Notes under the pieces: model-generated
What the model was told of the DNA's origin: nothing
Database searches by the model: none
What the model saw: the letters and a program-made list of their open reading frames with translations, nothing else
Position numbers and translations under genes: made by a program
Assembly (NCBI GenBank): GCA_963777315.1
Contig: CAVZQC010000006.1
Location: forward strand, 1-64,000
Direction: 5' to 3'
Source of the DNA: Vulcanimicrobiota bacterium
GTDB lineage: Bacteria > Vulcanimicrobiota > Vulcanimicrobiia > Vulcanimicrobiales > Vulcanimicrobiaceae
Length of the DNA stretch: 64,000 bases
In this document: positions 22,201 through 30,565 of the stretch, piece after piece
Layout of the letters: each line of letters opens with the position of its first letter
How positions within the stretch are numbered: the first letter of the stretch is position 1

Positions 22201-22479
22201 TGGATCATCAAATCTGCCAGCAATCGGCTTCGGCAGATTAGCGGTTTCAAGAATCCGCGCGCCGGGCTCGATTTCCCAGATGACGCTAAGTTCATCGCCA
22301 AGACCGTCATCTTCAACCGACGACAACTCGACAAGACGCTGAAGGCTGTGGTTTGACGACATGACGTCGATCGGCAGCGAACTCGGCGTAACACTGCGCA
22401 CGATCCAATGTCGATCGCGAACAGTGACGAGCTGTCCCTCTTCAGGAGCACGGCTGATGCTGGGCGGGCTTAGCAGCAC
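19267..22479 (-). CDS. drmD: DISARM SNF2-like helicase DrmD
   Basis: DYQL.P, IADDVGLGKT, DEVH, SATPH, EGIDLQ, QRNGRIDRHGQ. Confidence 0.9.
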   Translation of the reverse strand: MLLSPPSISRAPEEGQLVTVRDRHWIVRSVTPSSLPIDVMSSNHSLQRLVELSSVEDDGLGDELSVIWEIEPGARILETANLPKPIAGRFDDPARLKTFLDAVRWGAVTSADSQALQAPFRSGITIEDYQLDPVVRALEMARVNLMIADDVGLGKTIEAGLIVQELILRHRARNVMILCPPGLTLKWQAEMRDKFGLEFRIVNAEAVRLLRRERGVKANIFAHFPRLILSFDWLKMERPMRILRDFLPTDRNSYPRTIDLLIVDEVHQCAPAGNGKYATDSQRTELLRYLGPHSEHRLFLSATPHNGYENSFSTLLELLDPQRFVRGVKPDPVALRNAVVRRMKEDIRELGPGPDGMPRFPKREIEKIVVDYPIDERQVHADLAAYTELRRKQSASKRNSVAADLIALLLKKRLFSSPAAFAQTLDAHIETLALGGRSGGDPDRLRDLYDQVHSNFEDDDQFEDATFEALRLMAEAGDVITPEQQKLLERMQSWAHSARDRADEKARALIAQIKEWCCPTTVNGRPQWTDQRVIIFTEYRDTQRWLQNLFDAAGLSGDRLKLLYGGMDADEREQVKAAFQVDPSKDPVRILLATDTASEGIDLQNHCHRLIHVEIPFNPNRMEQRNGRIDRHGQPNAEVYIYHFVGKDFEGKAHSFERDLEFLFRAAKKVDKIRTDLGSAGAVLAREVEKEMLGRHGNLDLVVPGKSASTAALKAELKLRERVNEMHTRLLGSQEELGISPQAIKNVVDVGLELGRQFPLEPVTLPAKNKRSKEIVAYQVPDLTRSWANACINLYHPYSNERLPITFDNSVINGREDVVLAHLGSRLVAQSMRLLRAEIWAREGEGHLTRFTGRLVNDADLAEPAIIIESRLVVMGRDGYRLHEQIFSAGGRLGGARGFGRLNVGEVKATLAARGNGLIPQHHQDEIAACWDRLTEPVYDAVRARAQELRSGVARLLDERKETEIESLRTVMLQLRDSIKRELAEVESDTAEQLSMFDVENERERAQVNRDIDALRRRLDEIPEEIERDAERLRRRFAKPEQAVFPAAIMVLVPKRYATKSLGLFERNRA

Positions 22480-22897
22480 GAAACCACCTCGCGCATCGTA
22501 AGCGGCAGCGCCGGATCGGCTTGAGTATTAGCGGCGATGTTCACCCGTTCGTCCTTCAAGCGTAAGCGCGCGGTCGGTGAAAACCGCACGCCATTCATCA
22601 TAGCAAGCAGGCGCCTGCTTTGTAAGGTCGCGCACGCTTTCCAACTATTACGGATAGCAGTTCGCGGTGACGGACGTATGTCACTTGCGATGCGCGATAG
22701 TCTTCTGGCTGTCGCTTGTCATAGACGGGCGAGAGCCGCCTCGGGCGGCTGTTTCCGATCAAAACCTCGGTCTGCAGGTCTATGCCAGTAAGGAGGCATC
22801 ATGCCGCAGATTCGAGCAGCGGCCTACAGCGCTCGTCGCCCTCCCATCGCTTCGTACTCCAGCAGAAGTCTCCAGACATTTTTGCTGGCTCACCGAC

Positions 22898-23653
22898 TTA
22901 ACGACCCAGCGGGATTTCGACGGATGAATAATCCGGCAGATCCCCCTTATTGCCAGATTTCATGGCCTCCTCATATTCTGCACGGCGCCGCCGTTGCTCA
23001 CGCTCTACGACAGCCCACTGCCGCTCGTCTAGAATCTGTAGCTCGTGTTTCGCAACCCAAACACCGGAGGTATAGTCACTCTCCTCATTGCTCAATAAAA
23101 TCTTTTTCGGCGACATTGAAACGACCACCCCATATTCGTGTTGGTTCCAATCCGGCCGGTACGCGTGCACAAAGCAGCCGCGGTAGATATCGAAGGAGCC
23201 GTTCAGTGCCGTCATCCGTGCCACTTGGCGTTTCGCTTTGTCCCGCTCCTGGATTGCGGCTGCGCGCTCATCGGCAATTGCCTTCGTTTCCCGGGCCCTT
23301 TCACTTTCGTACTGTTCTTGCCAACGCGTTAAATTGGAAACCACGCGGTTCCACTCAAACTCGTCCAACACACGAATGGCGTGCCGCTTGTAAGAGATGC
23401 GAACTGGATAGTCAGACCCGACCGGCTCAATTGTGCACGCTTTTTCGGATATCCGTGTGACCGTGCCATACTGCGCGTATGATGTGCCGAAGATGGTCGC
23501 TTCAATGTGGGACTCTATTTGTAGATCCAGCGGCTTACCCCAACGCCTACTCGCTACATTATCGTTCAGGCCTTTTATAATTTTCTCAAGAGTCTCAATC
23601 TCATAGCGCGGCGCGTTGGTGAGCACGTATGCTGCAAAGGCTTGATCGTCCAT
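22898..23653 (-). CDS. Hypothetical protein
   Basis: 251-aa ORF, AT-richer, co-oriented upstream of DISARM; no family recognised. Confidence 0.6.
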   Translation of the reverse strand: MDDQAFAAYVLTNAPRYEIETLEKIIKGLNDNVASRRWGKPLDLQIESHIEATIFGTSYAQYGTVTRISEKACTIEPVGSDYPVRISYKRHAIRVLDEFEWNRVVSNLTRWQEQYESERARETKAIADERAAAIQERDKAKRQVARMTALNGSFDIYRGCFVHAYRPDWNQHEYGVVVSMSPKKILLSNEESDYTSGVWVAKHELQILDERQWAVVEREQRRRRAEYEEAMKSGNKGDLPDYSSVEIPLGR

Positions 23654-23824
23654 ATGAGGCTCTATAAAACGTGGCCGCCGAATTTCCGCTCGACGAGATA
23701 TGAACGAACAACGACGAGCCCGAAAGCATCGGCCGCAGCAGAATCCTAGCGGCGGATACGGCGTGGTAGAATCGTCAAGTCACGCCTTTCCATATTCCGG
23801 CGTCAGGCAGTTCATGTTTCAGGG

Positions 23825-24463
23825 TCGCCGGAGACGATGGTTTCTCCGGGCGTACCGAGCAACGTCGCGGATGCGATTGCGAAAAATCCGAGCTCCGGGG
23901 CGATGGGCAAAGCACTTGTCGGAGACGTCATGCGTCAGAAATACGGCGTCGACGGCGATAGCTGGGGACCTGCGGCGGCATTCGACGTGCTCGATCTCGA
24001 CGGCGCGAAGATGCACGGCGTCGAGCAAAGCGTGAAAACGCTCAATGACGACATCGCGGCGCACGCCGGCGAGCGACCGGCCATAGATGCGCTGCGGGAT
24101 GATGCGCGATCCGTTCCCGGCATGGTGCGCTTTTCGCAGGCCACGCCCGACATGCCCTGGCATGCCGATCGTCCAGCGATGGCGCTGTACGACGCGATTG
24201 CAAACGACGCGCGTTTGGATCCGTCGCTGCGCCGCGATGCGCTTGCGGCCGAGCGCGCGGTCTCGGATATCGTGATTGCGCACAAAGAGAGCCGGGCGTT
24301 CGCGCCGTTCGACGGCAGCAGCTACGCCGACGCTGCCGGACCGACGACGCACTTCCCCGTCAACGCCGCGCAGGTCGATCCGTGGGCGCCGAAAGTTTCC
24401 GAAACGCACAACCGCTTCTTCAACGAAACCGACGCAGCGGCGGCCGAACGCGTCATCGCGTAA
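23825..24463 (+). pseudogene. 5'-truncated host gene, possibly the C-terminal part of a clostripain (C11)-like peptidase
   Basis: Core-like codon usage begins abruptly at SPETMVSPGVP with no RBS; family call is tentative. Confidence 0.45.
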
Positions 24464-24467
24464 CGAC

Positions 24468-24659
24468 ATGCCACCGCGGGTGCGTGAGGTATTCGCGCTG
24501 CTCACGCGGTGCGGATACCAGTACAAAAACACGGTTGGCGACCATCATCATTTCGAGAATCATGATACGGGGAGCAAAATTACGGTGGCCGGTAATAGCG
24601 GGCACGAACTGACCAAGGGTGCGTGGCACCGGCTCCAGAAGCAGCTTGGCCTAAAGTGA
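24468..24659 (+). CDS. hicA: HicA-family toxin
   Basis: 63 aa; REVFALL…GY…GDH..F…ITVAG..GHEL.KG…KQLGL. Confidence 0.85.
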   Translation: MPPRVREVFALLTRCGYQYKNTVGDHHHFENHDTGSKITVAGNSGHELTKGAWHRLQKQLGLK

Positions 24660-24670
24660 AAGGGTTCGCT

Positions 24671-24883
24671 GTGGACTATACGGTTGTCGTCGAAAAGGGC
24701 TCCAACAATTACGGGGGCTATGTGCTCGACATCGAAGGAATTTATGCCGTCGGGGACAGCGAGGAGGAGGTCATAGGTAGGCTTCAGGACGCGATCGCTT
24801 ATCGAATTTCCGAGATGCGAGCCGAGGGCAAAGAAATCCCGCGCCCCTCACAAAAAGCGGTTACCGTGCACATCGCCGCTTAA
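24671..24883 (+). CDS. hicB: HicB-family antitoxin (short, no DNA-binding domain)
   Basis: YTVVVEKG.NNYGGYV.DIEG..AVGDSEEE…EG.EIPRP; alternative GTG start at 24656. Confidence 0.85.
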   Translation: MDYTVVVEKGSNNYGGYVLDIEGIYAVGDSEEEVIGRLQDAIAYRISEMRAEGKEIPRPSQKAVTVHIAA

Positions 24884-24925
24884 CGCACGCACCGCCTCCG
24901 AACGCGCCATCGCCTAAGGGCAGCG

Positions 24926-25867
24926 TCACGGCACGCCGGACGCATAGCAAACGGCGCTTTGCGCCACCGTAAGCGTTCGCGCATCGGCGTCAAGTGTGGC
25001 GTGCGCGCCGATCGGCAGCGTCCACTGTTCTGCGACGTGACCGGCCGGCACGTCGAGCAGAACCGGTATACCGAGATCGCCCAGGCGATCTTCGAGCACA
25101 CCGCGTAAACGCATGCCCGCATAGACGTGATCGTCGGGGACGTCGCAGTTCGTCAAGCCGCCGGCCATTATGCCCGCCGCACGGTGCAGCGCTCCGCTCA
25201 TGCGCAATTGCGTCAGCATCCGATCGATCCGGTAGGGCGCTTCGTCGACGTCTTCGATCAGGACGATCGCTCCTGCGGTATCGATTGCATGCGCTGTCCC
25301 CGCCAGCGCCGCCATCAGCGAGAGATTGCCGCCCGCGAGCCGGCCGCTTGCGATTCCGCTCGTAAGACTGCGCGCACCCTCTGCATGCAGTTCGCCCAAC
25401 GGCTGCTCACTCATGATTGCGGCTCGCAGTCCGCGAGTTTCTTCGCCCGTAAAGTCGGAGAGCGCTGCAACGGGTCCGTGAAAGGTCACCAGGCCGGTTT
25501 GCTGCGTTATCGCGTTGAGCAGCGCGGTGAGGTCCGAGTAGCCGAGCACGACTTTGGGATCCTCACGCAACGCGTCGTAATCGACGAGGTCAAGCAGACG
25601 CATCGTGCCGTACCCGCCGCGCAAAGCGAAGGCTGCGCGAATGTCGCTATTGCGTACTGCAGCATTGAAGTCGGCGGCGCGCTCTTCGTCCGTGCCGGCT
25701 AAATGCCCGCGCCGGTTCGCCGCGTTTGCGCCCAGACGCGGCACGAGGCCGAGCGCGCGAACCGCCTCGCACGCCCGAGTAATTTCCGCATCCGTAACCG
25801 GTCCGGCAGGCGCGACCAGCGCCACCGCGTCGCCCGCCCGCAGCATTGGTGCAAGCAACGTCGTCAA
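24926..25867 (-). CDS. ldcA: LD-carboxypeptidase (S66)
   Basis: VAPAG, RGGYG, GYSD.T, TFHGP, GGNLS, IEDVDE.PYRIDRML, AGH. Confidence 0.9.
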   Translation of the reverse strand: MTTLLAPMLRAGDAVALVAPAGPVTDAEITRACEAVRALGLVPRLGANAANRRGHLAGTDEERAADFNAAVRNSDIRAAFALRGGYGTMRLLDLVDYDALREDPKVVLGYSDLTALLNAITQQTGLVTFHGPVAALSDFTGEETRGLRAAIMSEQPLGELHAEGARSLTSGIASGRLAGGNLSLMAALAGTAHAIDTAGAIVLIEDVDEAPYRIDRMLTQLRMSGALHRAAGIMAGGLTNCDVPDDHVYAGMRLRGVLEDRLGDLGIPVLLDVPAGHVAEQWTLPIGAHATLDADARTLTVAQSAVCYASGVP

Positions 25868-27795
25868 CGCTCGGTCTCCACGTGTTCGGGATAAATCGGG
25901 CGGTTGATGATTCGCTGCAGCGACGGTGCGCCGGCCGACAAGATGAAATCGCTAAATCGCCCGAAATCTTCGCGCGCCGCTTCGCCTTCGGCAAACCTTT
26001 CGTTTTTGGTCAGGTCTATCTTGCCCGAGACCGGAACGAACCGCATGTACCGGCCGTCGTCGTCGATACCCGTCTGCAGCAGTCCCTCGTCTTCGAAGAC
26101 CCGCGCCGCAACGCTTACGGTGCGCTCGTTGGCTTTGTCCAATTCCAACGTGCGCGCGATGTCGGCGTACGTCATGCGCACAACGCCGTCGGCGGCTAGT
26201 GCGCGCATGCCCTTGTACAGCAGCCGCAAAACGTTCAACGTCGGCGCTTCTTGATCGATGATGAATTCATTGATGCGCCGGTCGGCTTGCCCGAACAGCA
26301 GATGGATGCGCGCTGGCCGGCCGTCGCGGCCCGCGCGTCCGGATTGCTGGTTGAACTCCGTGAAATCGAAATTCAAATGATACAGCACCACGTTGCGAAC
26401 GTCCGGTAAGTCGATGCCTTCGCCGAACGCCGACGTTGCCACGATGATGCGCAAGGCGCCCTCACGGAACAGCGCTTCGACCTGCGCGCGATCGATCGAC
26501 GGCATGCCGGCATGGTAAAACATCACCTCGTTGGGAAAGCGTTTGCGCAAAGCGTCGGCGATTTTGCCGGCCTCGCTGCGCGAATTGCAGTAGACGATGC
26601 CTTTGCCGTCTTCGCCTTCGAAGAGCTCGACGAGATAGTGCAGCTTCTCGCGCGTTTCGCGCGCGTCTATCACGTGCAGGTTTTCGCGTATCGTGGGGTC
26701 GATGACCCACGCGTCGATCCGGAGATCGCGAACGATCTGCTTGAATGCATCGTCGCCCGCCGTGGCCGTCAACGCGAGCACTTGGGGATCGCCCAGCCCC
26801 GCGACCGTTTCGCCGAGCGCGCCGTAAGCGGCACGATGCTTTGATTCGTAAATGTGATGCGCTTCGTCGACCACTACGAAATTCGGAGCGCTCGGGCCGC
26901 CGAACGCTTCTCGATGGAATCGCAAAAACTCCGGGGTTGCCAGTATGATGTCCCAATTTCCCGTTTCAAGCGACCGCATGAGCAGTGCGCGGTCGTCGGA
27001 CGATATCGCCCCGTTGGCTCGCAGCATCCGCAGTCCGAAACCGTCCATCCGCCGTTCGAGCGCGTCGAACTGGTCGTTCACCAGCGCCCGCAGCGGATAG
27101 ATTACCAGCGTCTTTTGACCCGACTCCAGCGCGCGGTACGCCGCCGAGTACTGGAAGCAGAACGATTTGCCGCGGCCCGTTCCCATGACCGCCAGCGTAT
27201 TTTTGCCCAAATCGATCCGGGAAAGCACTGCATGCTGCGCATCGTGCGGCTGCGCTTGGCCGATGAGCGCGGCCCGGATTGCCGAGCGGTCCATCTGCCC
27301 GCGCACGGGCGTCGCCAATGCGCCGGCGGCCATGCGCGATTCGCGATCGATGCGGATGTTGACGCCGAAGTATTTCCCTCGTCCGCCCGTGACGTGCTCG
27401 ATGCGCGCGCGATAGCGTGTTCCCTGGTCGATAAGCGGCGCGAGGTGCTTGGCAATTTCCTTGCGCAGAAACCCGATCTGCAGCGCACCGTAATGCACCG
27501 CCACGGCGTTGGCGTCGTACGGATTGTCGGGCCGGCGCAGCAGCTCGAGTTCGAGCCCGGGGACCAATCCCGCCACCACGTCTTGCCGGCCTTCGAACGA
27601 AACTCCCATGACTTTGGTAGGAAACGAATCGCGTTCGCCCACGCCCGCGAAGCTGTCGCGCGCGAGAAACGTTTTGCGTTGCGCGAAGAGGCGATCGATG
27701 AGCTCGATTTCCGGGGCGCGGCCGCCTTTGAACTGCTCGAGAACGCGCTCGAACGCAGCCTCCGAAGCGGTCGGCCGCGGGAGGCGTTTAGCCGT
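25864..27795 (-). CDS. HIRAN domain + RecQ-like DEAD/DEAH helicase
   Basis: HIRAN (GVSFEGRQ…PDNPYDANAVAV…IGFL), MGTGRGKS, DEAH, TATA, QQSGRAGRDG; frame open to an ACG at 27795, first canonical start GTG 27642. Confidence 0.8.
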   Translation of the reverse strand, partial: TAKRLPRPTASEAAFERVLEQFKGGRAPEIELIDRLFAQRKTFLARDSFAGVGERDSFPTKVMGVSFEGRQDVVAGLVPGLELELLRRPDNPYDANAVAVHYGALQIGFLRKEIAKHLAPLIDQGTRYRARIEHVTGGRGKYFGVNIRIDRESRMAAGALATPVRGQMDRSAIRAALIGQAQPHDAQHAVLSRIDLGKNTLAVMGTGRGKSFCFQYSAAYRALESGQKTLVIYPLRALVNDQFDALERRMDGFGLRMLRANGAISSDDRALLMRSLETGNWDIILATPEFLRFHREAFGGPSAPNFVVVDEAHHIYESKHRAAYGALGETVAGLGDPQVLALTATAGDDAFKQIVRDLRIDAWVIDPTIRENLHVIDARETREKLHYLVELFEGEDGKGIVYCNSRSEAGKIADALRKRFPNEVMFYHAGMPSIDRAQVEALFREGALRIIVATSAFGEGIDLPDVRNVVLYHLNFDFTEFNQQSGRAGRDGRPARIHLLFGQADRRINEFIIDQEAPTLNVLRLLYKGMRALAADGVVRMTYADIARTLELDKANERTVSVAARVFEDEGLLQTGIDDDGRYMRFVPVSGKIDLTKNERFAEGEAAREDFGRFSDFILSAGAPSLQRIINRPIYPEHVETER

Positions 27796-29119
27796 TGTGC
27801 GGCGGCTCCGGTTCGTCGGCGCTGCGAATGGGCTGTTCGGGTTCGAATCCTTCCAGATTCAAAGTGATCTCTTCGTGGCCCTGATCGAATGCCTGCTCGT
27901 CCATACCCGCCGCCTGCGCGTCGAGGGGATCCATCTCTTCGAAACGACTTTCGTCCGCCACGGCGGTCGCCGCCGAAGCCTCTGCCTGCGTGCGCTTGCG
28001 CTTGTAGCGCGCCGGCGTCGCACCCGGCGGCCGCGTCGCTTTGGCTTTTTGGCGGCGCGCCTTTCGTGCCGCGACGATGTCTTCGCGCGCTACGCCCCCG
28101 TGCGCGCCCAACGCCTTGTTCTCCGAAACGCTGCGCGCGGATCGCGTCCCCTGCGTCGCCAAGCCGGCCGCGCGCTTGCGCGCGGCGGCATCCAGCTGCC
28201 GCTTGCGAAACACGAGTACCAGCGGAGCCGAATAAAAGATCGAGTGGTATCCGCCCGAGCAGATGCCGACCAGCAGCGCGAAGGCGAAATTCTTGAGCGA
28301 TACGCCGCCCAGTGCCAGCAGCGCAACCAGCGTAATCACGACGGTCGCGAGGGTGTTGAACGAGCGGGTCATCGTCTGCAGGATCGACGTGTTGACGATC
28401 TTCTGATATGCCTGGCCCGCCATGATCTTGCTGTTCTCGCGGATCCGGTCCAGGATGACGATCGTGTCCATGACCGAATAGCCGATGACGGTCAGCACCG
28501 CGGCCAGAAACGCATCGTCCGCGCGCTTGCCGGCGAGCGCATAGATGCCGATCATCATGCACGCGTCGCGCACCAGTGCGATGACCACGACCGCACCGAA
28601 AATGTAGTTCCAGCCGAATCGGAACGCGATGTACAGAAATTGAATCAGCAGCGCGATGATCAGCGCTTCTATCGCTTTGGTCAGGTACTCGCGCCCGAGC
28701 GTGGGACCGACCGACGAGACCGACGAGCGCGCGCGGTCCACAGGCCCCGCGGTGCCGAGCGCATTCCACAGCGACTGGGTGTTGTTGCCCAATGCCGTTT
28801 GCGTCTCGACGCTGTAGCGCGTGTAGCCGTTTCCGGTTTGCGTGCCCACCGTTCGAACCGTTTCGTCGGCCAACTTCAACGGCGCGAGCGCGTCGCGCAG
28901 CTCGTTGAGGCCAACCGGCCGATTGAAACTCACGTCGACCGACGTGCCGCCGGTGAACGAAAGCCCGAGCTGCAGCATTTTTCCGGCCTGGAACCCGTTG
29001 CCGCCCTGAAACCCGTGCCAAATCATCGAACCGAAACCTGCAGCGATGATCAAGTACGATATGAACGAGACGATGCGGAACCAGCCGACGACGTTCCAGT
29101 TGAGCCTGCGGAAAAACAT
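27788..29119 (-). CDS. secF: Protein translocase subunit SecF
   Basis: LGLSFTGG, VGPTLG, IGYSVMDTIVILDRIRE, QTMTRS; long disordered C-tail. Confidence 0.9.
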   Translation of the reverse strand: MFFRRLNWNVVGWFRIVSFISYLIIAAGFGSMIWHGFQGGNGFQAGKMLQLGLSFTGGTSVDVSFNRPVGLNELRDALAPLKLADETVRTVGTQTGNGYTRYSVETQTALGNNTQSLWNALGTAGPVDRARSSVSSVGPTLGREYLTKAIEALIIALLIQFLYIAFRFGWNYIFGAVVVIALVRDACMMIGIYALAGKRADDAFLAAVLTVIGYSVMDTIVILDRIRENSKIMAGQAYQKIVNTSILQTMTRSFNTLATVVITLVALLALGGVSLKNFAFALLVGICSGGYHSIFYSAPLVLVFRKRQLDAAARKRAAGLATQGTRSARSVSENKALGAHGGVAREDIVAARKARRQKAKATRPPGATPARYKRKRTQAEASAATAVADESRFEEMDPLDAQAAGMDEQAFDQGHEEITLNLEGFEPEQPIRSADEPEPPHNG

Positions 29120-29122
29120 GGC

Positions 29123-30476
29123 TTACGCTCCCGCCTTTGCCGCAAAAATGCCGATCTCTTCGGTCTTTACGCCGTAGAGCGGAGGACTGGTCGCCACGTC
29201 GTTTTCCACGAGCACGTCGACGAACAAGCGGGTGATGAAGACCGCCGTGACCAGGGAGAACACGGTGCCCCAAAAGAGCGTGTACGCAAAGCCCTTGACC
29301 GTTCCGGTGCCGAGCATGTACAGCACTCCGGCGCCCACGATGGTCGTGAAGTGGCTGTCGAACACCGCCGTGAACGCGCGCGCGAATCCCGTGCGTACGG
29401 CGGCGCGCATCGTCTTGCCGGCCCAGAGTTCTTCTTTCATTCGTTCGAAGATCAGCACGTTGGCATCCACCGCCATGCCGATGGAGAGCACGAAGCCGGC
29501 GATCCCCGGCAGCGTCAGCGTCGCGTGCGCGATCGAAAGCAGCCCCAGCATCATGCATACGTAGATGATGAGCGCGATGTCCGCGAGCAGCCCGGGCAGC
29601 CGGTACACGAACAGCATGAACAGCAGCACGAGGCCCAGCCCCAGAATCGAGGCCTTGAGCGACATCGCCAAATCGATCTTGCCCAGCGTGGGGCCGATGG
29701 TTTCATTCTCGATGATGCGCACGTCGACCGGCAGCGCGCCGGCATTGAGATCGTTGGCGAGCGAGGCGGTTTGATCGGTGGTGAACGAACCGGTAATTTC
29801 GCCGGTGTCCGAAATGGCGCTCTGGATCGTCGGTGCGGACAAATAGTGCTTGTCCAGGAACATCGCCAGAGGCTTGCCCACGTTCTTAGACGTCAGGTCG
29901 TAAAAGCGCTTGGGATCCTTGGTCGTGAACTGGATGTTCGGATTGCCGCTTTGGTCGTACGCAGGCTGCGCCGATTTCAAATCCTTGCCGGAATACACGA
30001 CCGGGCCGCTGGCCTGATAGGCTCCCAGATTTGCGTACGCGCATGCCTTCTTGTTCTTCGGATTAGCGTTGCATGCGGCGAGCGCCGCTTCGGCTTTGTT
30101 GCGCACGTCCTCGGGCATGATCTTGTATTCGAGAACGGCCACTTGCTTGAGCGCGGCTTCGGCTTGCTCGGGATTCTTGACCTGCGGCAGATCGACCGAA
30201 ATGCGGTCGCTGCCGACCTTGTTGATCTCCGGCTCGGTGACGCCCAGTCCGTTGATGCGGCGGTCGATCACTTGAATGGTGTCGTTCTGAATATCGGGCG
30301 TGATCGATTTCACGTCTCCGGTGGGATACGAGCTGGAGCAGCAGGTGCGCGCCGCCTTCGAGATCCAAGCCCAGATGAATCTTCTGCGCGATGGGCAGTA
30401 TCGCCCATAGGCTCGAGGCCAGGATCGCGAGGACCACCAAGCCTTTTAGGGGGTTCTTGTATCTATTCCAGCTCAT
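29123..30476 (-). CDS. secD: Protein translocase subunit SecD; frameshift near 30330
   Basis: LGLDLEGG (first frame); RRINGLGVTEP, GALP, IGMAVDANVLIFER (second frame). Confidence 0.9.
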
Positions 30477-30565
30477 GTCTAACCGGTGAAAAAAGCAGCG
30501 CCCGCCCTTACCGGCGGGACAACCCACAAAGTCTAACAGGCGGGGGAGAACCCGTCAAATTAGCC

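Larger units (their letters stand above)
1..23824. mobile_element. Integrated genomic/defence island (left end outside window; possibly composite)
   Basis: Tyrosine and serine recombinases, excisionase, tRNA remnant, SPARTA and DISARM genes, visibly AT-richer blocks, 5'-truncated host gene at the right edge. Confidence 0.75.

Noticed and set aside
22537..23460. Plus-strand ORFs between drmD and the orphan gene
   Set aside because: Low-information translations, mostly antisense to the 22898-23653 gene
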